The notes below the pieces were generated by a model. It ran no database searches and was not told the DNA's origin. It saw only the letters and a program-made list of their open reading frames with translations. A program made the position numbers and the translations under genes. 64,000 nucleotides of DNA from Geosiphon pyriformis uo1 (Eukaryota; Fungi; Glomeromycota): NCBI GenBank assembly GCA_016748015.1, contig JAAOMT010000741.1, positions 584,727-648,726 on the forward strand. The letters run 5' to 3'. Each line of letters opens with the position of its first letter. Within the stretch, counting starts at the first letter, position 1. This document shows, piece by piece, positions 50,921-63,700 of this stretch.

Positions 50921-53900
50921 ATGCTTAACTTCACATAACAGAGGATCATAAAATATGCACCACAGAAGAAGAGAAAAAACTTTTTCTTGATCCAAATCAT
51001 TATACACACAATAACCATTTGTCAAACCAAAATCTGTTATAACTCTGTTGGTATGACTTTTATGAATACTACCAAAGAATTGAATGAATTTGCTGCACAT
51101 CTTAATCCTGACCAAGCTCTTCTCAAGATGTTCCTAATCAACCAAATTGTATGCTTTCCACATGTCCTGCAAAACCAGCCAAAGCTTTCTGTTCTTTTCC
51201 AAAGTATCTTCAATAACCAAACCAATTGCAAAAATGGGAGACTAAGTTGATGTGTCCTTTAAAACTGAAAAGTTGTCTTCACAAAGAACATTGAAAGTGC
51301 TGTATGCTAAAAAAATCCTATCGGAAAGAATCTTGAAAAGAATCTTGTGAGCTGTCTCAATTAAAACAATAGGACAGACATTCATCAGAACATCCTTCCA
51401 TTCATAAGGCTTAGGAATCATTGAGACTCAAGCCTTCTTCCAAGAACCAGGTACAGATTCACAAGCTAAACAAGAGTTCAAAAGCACCAAAAGCAGATTA
51501 AGAACTGATTCATTACAATGCTTTCATAGTTCATTCGAGATACCTGAAAGGCCAGCAGCTTTGCCATCAGGCAAATGAAAAACCATCTCATATAATTTAT
51601 TAAATTCAATTGAACACATCACACCAGAAAAAGCTTCATCAAAAACATACTCCAAAGATTGATATTAATGGCTCCAATTATCGGCAATATTATTGACCAC
51701 CCAATGTCTTTTAGTCCAACCCTCCATAATTGTATCTATCTTAGATTTGACCAACTTAGGCTCCAAAACCAACTCCTTGTCCACAACTAAATAATCCAAT
51801 ACCATCTTACAAAAGGGATGCTCCAGCACACTCCTGATGATATGACTTTTGTTCAACTCAAAATTCTCCATTTTCTTACAAATTGCCTGTTTGATGTGAA
51901 ACTCTTTAGCACATCTCGATTCTAACAATTTGGAAGATCGATAAGATTTCCTTGCCATAACTAGCTCAGAATGAACAGCATCAAAACTAGAACCAGAAAT
52001 AAAAAGAGATTTCACTTCTGCTGCATCACCACTATCAAGTCTATTCCAAGTTTCTAATAATGAAGCAAAATCTTTACTAGAAGCTGAACAAGAAGCCTTT
52101 ACTAATTTTAACACCAACAATTCGAGTTTATAAAACTTAAAAAACTTTTTGGTAAAAATACCATCAAAATTCTTGAACCATTTTTTCTGAAAGTACCATC
52201 AGCTGAAAAAACCATTATCTTGTGAACAACAGCCCACATTGCATCCAGATCTGAAAATGTTACAGCTCTAGCAAATTCATTCAAAAACATAATGGCATTA
52301 GCTGCTATGGCATCCTTAAACTCACACTATTTTACAACATTGGCATTTTTAACATCAAACTTTTAACAATTCTTATTAGCTTGCTTTCAAAGCAAAAGCA
52401 ATTGCACATCCAATAAACCACTAAGACCCACAAAGACAGCAACAGCTTTGTGATTAGTATTAAAATAGTTCACAACATGAGTTATACTACTATCTATTAT
52501 AGTATTAATCAAACTTAAAGAAATGAGAATATAATTAAAAGCTTTAGTGACACCATGAAAATTGGTCTATGTAGGCATTTTGATGAACAAACTTCCCCTT
52601 AGAGAATCAACTAAACCTAAATTGAAGCACTTCCTGAAGTTAGCACATTTTCAGGCACTGTCTTCATTGAAATTACCACCCAGAATAACAAAAAAGGACT
52701 CATTTACTGCTTTTGCAATAAAAGAGTTGATTTCACCAGCCTGAAAAGACCAAACCACTGACAAAGTACCAGCATAGAGCCCTAAAATTGACACAGAAAG
52801 ATTATTCTTGAAGAGTAGTTTGAGGAAAAAGAGTCAATTGGAAACTTTGAGAACCTTACACACATGTTTTGCCAAAGAATTGTCCATAATAATTGCAACA
52901 CCAGAACCCAAATGACCAGAGTCCAAACCAAAAGTGAAAACCCAAATACTATCAAATTTATTCATAATCTATGGGCAGATTTTGTCCTTTAATTTAGTCT
53001 TAGTAACCACAGAAATCAAATTGTTTATCTCTTTATGCCAACAAATTATATCATTCTGTTTTGTAGAATTGTTCATATCCTTAACATTGCATGTGGCAAT
53101 CTTCTAAACTAGACCAGTCATTGAGAAAAAGGTTTGGGAAGTACACCACCTGCTAAAATTGAGCCATTAAATCTTGTTATTAGACTTAGAACTAAAGCAG
53201 AAAGTTTTTCTAACATGTTTTCCAATCTTTTTACTTCAGGAGAAGTAGAAGAATCCAAAATTGCAGCAGTCTCATTACTTATAGTCTTACCCAAACCCTC
53301 TCCTATCACTACATCACCCACCTAATTCTGTGATGAGGGAGTCACTGGCAGCTGACATCCAGGGCTAGACTGAGAAACTGCTAACATGAATGAATTCAAT
53401 CTCTTAGCCAACTTACCAATTTGTTCTGTGAGGCTGGCAAGACTGCTTTTCAAAACACCAAACTTTTTTTCAATATCATTCATATCAAGGAAGGTAGGCT
53501 TCATCTCCAAAGAGGAGCCAGAATTAACCAGCACATTTCACACAGGGAGAGGAGAAAAAAAAGTTCCATTAGTAATCTTCACCTAAGAAGTCCCATCAAA
53601 AACAACAGGACGAGCAATCAGAGCCGAATGCTTGGCATAGATGGTTGCCAACTTGCTTTTATCTATGTCTGAAAGAGATTTGCTAGAAGGTTTTCCAAAG
53701 GAAAAATTCCCATTCACAGCACAGTTCAAAGATATATGACCCAATTTCCCACACTTAGCACATTTAGAAAAACCCAAATAAGACCAATGCAGATTTACAC
53801 TTCTTAAAACTAGAGTAGTTCCCATAACAGTATCTAATGACTCAGCAGAATCAAAACAAACAGTAGTGCACCTGGCCTGAGCATAAGAAACCAGGTGATG

Positions 53901-55669
53901 ATCAATTACACAAGTTTTCCCACCCACTAAAGCAACATAATTCCAAATATCATGTGCATTGGTTCCCATTAGCAGAGTGTACAAAAGGGCTCTATAAATA
54001 TCTTGTATATTCCATAATTCTTTGTCTATGTCGGATCTAGCAACATGTACTGCATCTTTTCCAATCAGGATGGACCATTTTGCTGTGACCAAATCAGCAT
54101 GATTTACTTGGTCAAATTCAACCACTGCTTTTTGTCACAGCCCCACCAGCTGCATTTTGATCAACTTAATTAATCTGAACTCAGATAGTGCAGCATGCAC
54201 AGCCTCTGTTGATGTCTCAATTGGAATTTCCTTTAACACCACAGCCTAATTTGAACGTCTAAATGATCTTTTGAGATTGGTGTTTACTAAGATCTTTACT
54301 TCTTCAGTTTTTTTTGAAGCCTGTGCCAAACTCAATTCAGAAGTGAATGTTGCTCTGATGATCTCAGCAAATTTTGAGAGAATAGAGGCCCTTCTTCTAA
54401 ACCATTGATTTTTGAAAACAACTTCCTAACTATCACAAGTTTTTCTTGAGCAGATTTCTCAACAACATTTTCCAAACTGATATTCAAAGCGAAAAATTTT
54501 CTAACAGAAACATTGACCAAGTTCTTTAAAGGGAGAGAAAAAACTACAGATTTGTCTAACAGTATGTTGTCATTATTATTGCCCAAAAAGTTAATTTTTC
54601 CCAGCAGCTTTCTCAGTACTCTTTTGGTAATAGTTTTTGAACTTTTAGACATTTGTTCCGAACCCTCTCTAGTGAAAGCTTCACCATCTCCATAATCAAA
54701 GCTGGTTTTTTCAACCAAACACTCCTCCTCCATGTCCACACTATCAGACTCAGTGGTATTACTGGTCTCAGAACCCCAAAAATGATTATTTGACACTTTA
54801 GTAGTAGCGAATTTCTGATTACTAATGTTATCTTCCAAAGCACTACCTCTTCTCTTTTTTCTAGGTTCAGTCGACTTAACACCAATATTAAAACTAGATT
54901 CCATAATAGACTTGTTCAGAACAGCAATATTAGGGCCAATGGTAGCCTTGTAATCAAGCAAAGATGGTTTGAATTTTGCATGCTGAATGATAAAAAACTT
55001 CTTTCAGAAAAATTTTTGGCTCTTTTTTGGGAATTTAGGATGAACAAGAGAAAGAAGTTTTTTTTTTTATTTTTTTTTTATTTTTATTTAACTTAAATAT
55101 TTTGTATAAATTTTTAATTTGGTTAAAGCTTATAAAATTAATATATAATAAATATTAAAAGTTAAAAATTTTGAAATTTTTCAGTTTTAATTTAATTTAA
55201 TTTAAATATATATTAAACTCTTTAAAAATTTTAACACTAATTTTTCTAACTTAAAAAATCTGAATATATTTTTAAATAAATTTAAATTATAGTTTTAAAA
55301 CCAAATCTTATTAAATATTTTATTAATTAATATAGTTAACATTTTTTTAAAAAACCAAAAAATCAGTTTAACAAACTTTATTACAGTTTTTTAATTGTTT
55401 ATACTTTTTTTAATAATTTTTTTTTAATAATTAATAAATTAATATTTAAATTATAAAATTTTTTATTAATTTTTTTAACAATCATAAAAACAAAAAAATT
55501 TAATTTAAATAAAAAAAATAAAAATAAAAAAACCATATTTTTATTTTTAAAATTATAATATATTATACTTAATAATAAAGTTTTAATTTGTTAAATTTTA
55601 TTTTTTTTGTATTAAAAATATTTGTTTAAAAATTTACTTTTATTATTAGTTTTAAATTTAATATTAATT

Positions 55670-57750
55670 ATAAAAAAACTTTTTTCTTTTATTAATTTAA
55701 ATTCTTAAAAGAACAGTATTTTAAAAAAAAATTTGTTTTTTGTCTTTATTTTTTGTTTATTATTTACTTAATTATTCAATTTAATACTTTTAAATCTTTT
55801 GTATTTAACAATAAAGTTGTTAGTAGCAATAGCATTATAATTATGAAAAAAACAATTAAAAATATTAGTGCTAATTTAAATAGAAGTAATATATTGTTAA
55901 AAAAAAAATGTAGAAATAATGTTTTGGTTAATAATAATAATAAATATGAATCTACTGTTTTTTGAAAAAAATATACAAATAATAATAAAAAAAATTAAAA
56001 ATAGATAATATTATTAAATTAGAGAGTATAAACATAGAAAATAAATATAGTATAAAAGAAACCAATATGAATTATAGTAATAAAAATAAGACTAATAAGA
56101 AAAACATTAGCATAATTCTCAAGAACAAAAAAGTGATTACTAAATTGCTAATAAACAAACTTTTGGGCAAAATAAATTTTTTTAACATAAATAAAGTAGA
56201 TAATATAAATAATCTAATTATTTTGTCTCTTTTTCTTAAATGTTTAGTTTAAGTTCTTGTTAAAAAGTTATTTGCTTTGAATTTAAATTTAGAAGTAGTT
56301 AAAAAAAAATCAGCCCAAAAAAAACTCAAAATGACCAAAAAATTATTTTCAAAAATTAATAGTTTTAAACAAGATATTTATTTTCTTAAAATTTGTTAGA
56401 ATTATTAAAGTAATATTTACTTTTAAATTAAGTTTGGTGCTAGTAACAGATAAAGTTAAAGATATAAAAATTCTGATAAACACTAATTTCAAAAAATCTG
56501 CTAAACATTTGGATTAAGCTGTAATTGTTAAAAAAATACTAATTAAGATATTAATAGAGACTATATATACTGTGCTTTTTAAATTTAATATAATTGAGTT
56601 AATTAAAATATAATTGATAAAGATGTGGTAAAAGACTGTGATAAAATTTGGGCAGTCTAATTAAATTAATTTAGCTGTAGTAAAATGATTTATTTTAATT
56701 AAAAAAAATGTTGTGTATATTATTAGAACAGATTTGAACAAAAAATTTTAGAATGCAAAAAACAACAATAAAGTATTGTTTTATATACTATCAATAAAAA
56801 CCAATACTTATAATATCTAAAATTTTATTTAATTAATTGGTAAAAAAATGTGTACTATTAACTATTATCTAATTATATATATTTGAATTAAATGTGTTTT
56901 AATTCTAATGTTTTATTAGATGCTATTATAAGAAATATGCCTATACTAAAAAGTACTAACTTATACTAGTTTTGCTTAAACATAACTAAATACACCAAAT
57001 ATAAAAAATTGAGTTATATATTAATTAAATACTCAGCTGGTATAAAAGTTTCTATAAATGATTTCTTTTAAAGAATTTTTTTAAAGACAAATAAAAGCAG
57101 GCTAAAAGCTATTTATGCCAAAAATCTAGTTTTTATTGTTCATTCAATGTCTTTTAATAGTGTTTTTTAAGCAAAAATTGTTGGTAGCTTTTTATTTTTC
57201 TCTTTTTTTGGGCAAAATAGTTTGTTAAAAGTTAATTTCTCATTAAAAATAAAATTTTCTCTACTAATTACATTGAATATTAATAATAAGTTTACAGTTT
57301 TTGAATACAGTCTTGTTGGTTTTATAAAAAAAATTGGTAAGTTAACAAAAAAATTAAATGTACTTGAATTGATAGTTTTTTAGCTATGTTTTAAATGTTA
57401 ATTGTTAATAACTTTTTTATTATAAGATCAAAAAACAAATATAACAATGAGTAAAAGTTTGAGTGCAATTATTAGTAATAAAACTATAATAGTAAAAGTT
57501 TCTTTATCTTCTATAAACATTATTAAATTAAAAATAAGCATAAACAATTTATTTAATATGGTTTTAAATTTTTTGGCCAAAATAAAAATATTGGTTAAAG
57601 TTTAGATATCTTTTCTCACTAATAACTGATTTAGTTTAGAGAATTGCTATGTGCAATATTTGAGGTATCAATATTTTTGCAAAGCAAAAAAAACATTGTT
57701 TATTAATATATAGATTCAGATAATATAATTTTTATTATTATAAAAACAAT
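55670..57750 (+). mobile_element. LINE copy C: most decayed; 5' UTR + ORF1 + start of ORF2, interrupted by LINE D
   Basis: Remnants collinear with ORF1 of B/D (KLLGKINF, KKLFALNLNL, RIAMCNI) break off at ~57750, where the 5' end of D starts. Confidence 0.8.
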
Positions 57751-57751
57751 A

Positions 57752-60700
57752 ATTATAGGAAAAACAATAAAAACTTCTTTCTCTCCTTCATTCTAAATTC
57801 CAAAAAAGAGTCAAAAGTTTTATTGAAAAAAGTTTTTAGCCATTCAGTATGACAAATCCAAACTGTTTTTTGATTTCAAGGCCACTGTTGGTCCTATTAT
57901 TGCTGTCATGAAGGAGGTTGCAAAAAATTCTGGTGCTGGTGGTGGTTTTAGACCTGTCCTGTCAAGAAAGAAAAGAAAGGGTGGTGTTTTGACTAAGAGT
58001 GTTTTGGTAAGAAGGAGTGTTGTTGAAACAACTGGAAATCATTCACGACATTCTGAGACTAGTGACACTACCGAGTCTGAGAGTGTTGACATAGAGGAAA
58101 AGTGCCTTATTGAAGAGACCAGTATTGATTATGATGAAAAGGATGTCTTTGATGGTGGAGACCTCAACCAAACACCAAAGAGCTTAAGTATCAAAATTAA
58201 GACCAAGAAAGTATTGGGCAAACCACTGGGCAAAATCAACTTTGAAGATGGCTTTGATAATAGTGATTTTCTGAATGAGTCTGCTCTTTTTTTATCTTCT
58301 CTTCTACTTAAACCTTCCATTCATGTTTTTGTTTGCAAATCCTTCGTTTTGGATATCAATTTGGTGGCCGTTGCTGGGAAATCTTCTTAAAAAAAATTGA
58401 ATTTTATCAAAAAAAAATTTTCAGGTGTGAATGGTTTTGGGGAGGCCTCTACTTCCTCAAAATTTGGTGGGATAATTTGTGTGACTTTTACTTCTAAAAT
58501 GGCGATGATGGTCGCAGAAAAATTGGCTCATGATTGTGGTGTTATAGTAAACACCAATCTTAAGTGTCTGGTAAACATTCGTATAAATTGGGATATTGTA
58601 ATTAAGGAGATTCCTGTTAATACATTGATTGAGGCAGTGTGTACAGCTATTTCCGAATTTAAGATTGTTGTGTCAATTAAAATACAGTTGGTAGGATTGT
58701 GACAAAAAGCAATTGTCACTTTGGGAGATTCTGATCAGGCTGATTTGTTGGCATCCAAGTAGTCTATTCTTATCAGGAAAAATGTGGTCTGGGTGGCCAG
58801 AGCTGATGTTGATAAACAGACTTGGAATTTTAGAGATGAGTTTAAGGCGTTGCTTTACACTTTTCTTGTAGGAACCAATACACATGATCTTTGAGATTTT
58901 ATTGGTTCAGTGGATGGAAAAACATGTGTTATTAAGTGCAATTCAGTTAACTACACTCAGACATGCTGCACCACAGTGTGTTTTAAGTCTGGGAGCAATC
59001 TAAATTGGGCTCTGGCCAACACTCTGGTAATAAAAGATATCAGTCTCCATTGGTTGCGCCTGTTTGTTGCCTTGTGTTCCTCTTACAATTTTCTTGGTCA
59101 TACATCTAGGAATTGTAAATCAGCTGGTGTGTTTTTGAGTCCGAAGGGCAAGAGGGCTTCTCTTTCGGCTCAGGATCAGTTTAAATTAGCAAAGATTTAT
59201 GAAAGGAAGTCTGTTCCTGTTTCTCATCCTTTGGCTTTTGGTGGGAAGACTTGGGTGTCAGTGGTTGGCTCTATTCTTTCAGGCACTTCTCTTGGATATG
59301 ACTTTCAGCTTGGTTTTATTGAAAATGGTAAACCTCTCCCTCCAGTAGTAAATGATTTGAAAAAACGTTTGGTTAGCATTGAAAGCAGTCTTGTCAGCCT
59401 TGTGGGACAAATTGGTGGATTGGCTAAGAGATTGGAATCATTCATGCCAGCAGTTTCCCAGCCTAGCCCTGGATGTCAGCTGCCAGTGACCCCCCCATCA
59501 CAGAATCAAGGGAAGGATATAGTGATGGGAGTGAGTTCGGGTAATGCCACTAGTAACAAGACTGCTGCCATTTTGGGTTTAACTGTCTCGCCTGAGGTTG
59601 TGAAATTGGAAAACATGTTGGAAGGTCTTTCTGCTTTAGTCATAAGCCTATCAGCACACTTAGATAGTTTGGCTTTGGCAGGTGGTGCTTCTTTTCTACC
59701 TTTTTCTCAATAAGTAGTCTAGTATGGAAAATTGCCATGGGTTAAACAATCCTGCAAAGTAAGATGATATCATTCATTGACACAAGGATATGAACAATTT
59801 GGTTTCTATTTTTATGGAGTCAAAGCTTAAAAAGAAAGTTCACCCATGGTTGACTAACAAATTTGATGGTGTTTGGGTTTTTACTTCTGGTCTGGATTCT
59901 GGTTTTTTGGGTGCTAGTATGTTGATTGTTGTGAATTTTTCTTTAGCAAAACACGTCTGCAAGGTCTCTAAAATGTCTGGTCGGCTCCTATTCATCAAGT
60001 TGCTTTTCAAAAATAAACTTTCAGTGTCTATTTTGGGGCTCTATGCTGGTGCTTTATTGGTGGTTTGGTTTTCTCAGGCTGGTGAAATCAACTTTTTCAT
60101 TGCTAAAGCCATTAATGAGTCTTCTTTTGTTGTCTTTGGTGGTGACTTTAATGAAGATGGTTCTCAAAAGTGTGCGAGTTTCAAAAAGTGCCTTGAGTTG
60201 GGATTGGTTAACTCTTTGATTGGAAGCCTGGCCATTAAGATGCTCACTTGGGCGAATTCTAGGAGTGTCATGAAAACTATTGATTACGTGTTTGTTTCAC
60301 TGAATCTGGTCAATTCTTTAGTACATTGTGGTATTTCGGACATCAGTGAATATTTTGATACAGACCACCAGGCTGTGTCTGTATCTATAAGCCTGGGTGG
60401 TTTATTAGATACACATTTGTTTTCTCTTCACAAGTAGGCAAATAAAAATCATTGGAAATTTGATGTCAAAAATACCAGTAAGACTAAATGGCTTGAGTTT
60501 AAGGATGCTATGGTTGCTAACACTACTATGTTTTTGGGTACTTTTGGTGATACTGTAAAGTTTTTTGATCTTGGTGCTATGTGGAACGTCATTCGCAAGA
60601 TCATGGTTCTCTCAGCTGGTGGTGCTTTCAAGAAGAGATGGTTCAAAGATTTTAATACAGTTCGCAATAAAGTATTGTCTAGGTTTCATAAGCTGGAACT

Positions 60701-63700
60701 GTTGGTTTCTAAGCTGGTGAAGGCTTCTTATTTGAATTCTAGTGTCAGTTTTGCTTTACTTTTGGGTACATGGGATAACTTTGACTCTGCTGGTGCTTTA
60801 ACAGTAAGATCTATGTTCTTTTCTGGTGCTAAATTTGATAAAATTTATTCTGCTCTGACCAAAGTGAAGAGGTTATACCACTCTTCTAAATTGCTGGAGT
60901 CCAAGCGCACTAAAAAAATTCACATTAGGCAGGCTATTACCAATAGGATGAAGAGTTTTGAGCTAAATAAGGGTTGTACAATCAGAAATGTGTTGGAATG
61001 TCCCTTTTGCAAAGTGGTTTTAAACCATCTGGTCGTGGGTGATGAGTTAGTTCTTAAACCTGATTTGGTTAAGTTCAAGGTGGATGCTATCATGAAAAGA
61101 TAAACCAGAAAGCGTGTAGTGGTTGATAATATTTCTGATACTTGGTCTTGTCAATACCAACCTTTGGACTATGTTTTTGATGGTGCTTTTTCTGGAGTGA
61201 TGAGTGAGATTGATTTTGATGAGTGCATTGTGTGATTACTAGTCTTCCTGATGGGAAAGCTGCTGGTCTCTTGGGCATCTCTAATGAGCTTTGGAAACAT
61301 TGTGATAAGTCAGTTTTGGGTTTGCTTTTGGTTCTTTTGAATTCTTGTTTGTCTTGTGAGTTGGTGCCTGGTTCCTGGAAGAAGGCTTGGGTTTCAATGA
61401 TTCCCAAACCTTATGAGTGGGAGGGTGTTCTCACAAATACTTATCCTATTGCCTTGATCAAAACAGCTTACAAGATTCTATCCAAGGTTTTTTCAAATAA
61501 GATCTCACTGGCTTGCAGCTCATATGATGTTCTGCATGGTAACAATTTTTTGGTTTTGAAGGGTACAACAACTCAGTCTCCTATTTTTGCAGTTGGCTCA
61601 GTAATTGAGGATACTTTGGAAAAAAACTGGGAACTTTGGCTTGTTCTATAAGACATGTGGAAGACATATGATTTAGTTGGCTGGGAACACCTTGAGAGGA
61701 GCTTGATTAGGATCAAAATGTGTAGTAAATTTGTTTGCTTTTTTGGTAGTATTCATAGAGACCAAACCAACCATGTTATGACAGATTTTGGTTTGATTGA
61801 TGGTTACCGAGTGTTTGATGAGTTGAACTAAGGTAAAGTTTTTTCTCCTCTGCTGTGGCACATATTTTATGATCCTCTTTTGTGTGAAGTCAAGTATCAA
61901 GAGAGTATGTGTGATTATAGGCTCAATTCTCATTTTGTTTCTGAGAGTGGTCGCACTGAGTCTCAGACTGGGCTTTCTATCTTTCTTGCTGCTGGTGCCT
62001 TTATTGATGATACTATTTGGGTTGGTAGCAGTCAGACTGCTACTCAGCATATTCTCAACGTTGCTAGTGAATTTTTTCGAGTCAATAATATTTCAATTAA
62101 TAATGACAAAACTGTGGCCATTCCAATCAACAGCAGGGTCAGTGTTCCGTCTCTTTTTATTAGTGGTTCACCTATTTCTGTTGCCCATAGAGGGAAACCT
62201 CATTGGTATCTTGGTATTTTTTTGTCAATTGAGGGTCTTTCAAAGTCTAGCTTGGCTAAAGCACATTCAAATATTCATTTTTTTACTAATTTAGTTCTAA
62301 GGAAGGTGGTTTCAGATAAGCAGTTCTTGTATCTGGTGTCAGCAGTTCTCCATTCCATAATTGGCTACAGAATGCAGTTTGGCTATATTCCTGTTGGTGT
62401 GTGCAATAAATGGAATGCTCTGATTCGCAAGGGCTTGAAGCTAAAAGCTGGTCTTCTGATAGACTTTCCTAGTGATACTATTCACCATCCCTCTTTTTAT
62501 GGTTTAAAATCTTTTTTACAGTGTCAATCTGAAAGTAAAGTAGCTTTGCTTATTAGTTTTGTGAACTCTGGCAGGATCTTGGGGTGTCTGTTTGGTCACA
62601 GGTCACATGACTTACAGATTCTGTATTGGTGGCCCATTCACCTTTTGATTTTTTCTGTTTGTATTCGTGTCAGTGTTTCTAATAATTTCTTGGCTGGTAT
62701 GGTTTACATTCTCCTTAATTGCAATTTGTCTTTGGGTGGCTCTTTGGCCAGTGCTTTTCAGTTTTGCGATGGGGTTCCTATATTTGTTGTTCTTGATGAG
62801 TCTTTGTTTTTCAAGTTTTTATTTTTTTTCTAGTGTTTTGATGTTGCCTTCATGGATCAGTTCTGTGATCATCATGACATTGTTTTTAGCTGGCACACCT
62901 TCAAGTGATGGAAGAGGCTGGACTCTTGTGGCCCAGTTTCTGAATAGTTTAAACTTTTTGTTGCATTTCTTATGGCTTCTCATTCATCTTTTACAGCCTC
63001 AGTTGGTACTGGTCTTCTTAACTTTTGTGAGTTGGATGATTTTGTGGCCACTCGTGGTTGTCTTTCCCAGATTGACGTCAATAGTTTGTCTGTATATATG
63101 GATGGTTCTTTGAAGTATTTGGGCACAGTTGATTGTAGAGCTGGGGCTGTCATTTTTTTTGAGGACATTAATTTGGGTTTGGGTGTCGGTGTTCAGGGTT
63201 TAGTGTCATCTACTTTAGTAGAATTACAGGCTATAACATTGGCTTTGGAGTGTGTGTCTGCAGCTTATTCTGTTAATTTGTTTTCAGATAGTCAAGCAGC
63301 TTTAGATGCTTGTAGGTCTGAGTTAAGCCTGGTGTGCCCTGACTTTTACAATTGATGTCGAGTGTCGGCATATTTGGAATGTTATCTACAGTAAGAATTT
63401 GAGAATTAGTTAGCACAAAGTTAAGAGCCATTCCAGCATTTCAGGGAATGACTGCACTGATAACATTGCTGATGCTGTATCTCTATTTGGTTGGTATCTT
63501 TTTCCTCACATGGATGAACATTTTTTGTTGGTGGATGATAGTGTTGTTTCTGGTAATTCTAGACACTTTGTTTGAGATGTTTATCATGCAGTTTGTTATG
63601 CACACTGGGAGATCAGTTCCAGTTCTGGATTTCTAGCTAGTAGTTTGCGTTCAGATGTTAACTGGCTCAGTTTTTCTAGAGTTTGGCACTCTGATTTGCA

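Larger units (their letters stand above)
38410..55060 (-). mobile_element. LINE copy B: full-length, inactivated; interrupted in its RT by a Gypsy element
   Basis: 5' UTR at ~55050. ORF1 ~54960-53118 with CCHC knuckle CAKCGKLGHISLNC. ORF2 from 53121 (KIATCNV, GGNFNE, RT remnants, RNase H IYTDGS/AEMQAI/DSQSAL/HSG, CLYCGKVE) to ~38527, followed by a 3' UTR. Confidence 0.92.
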
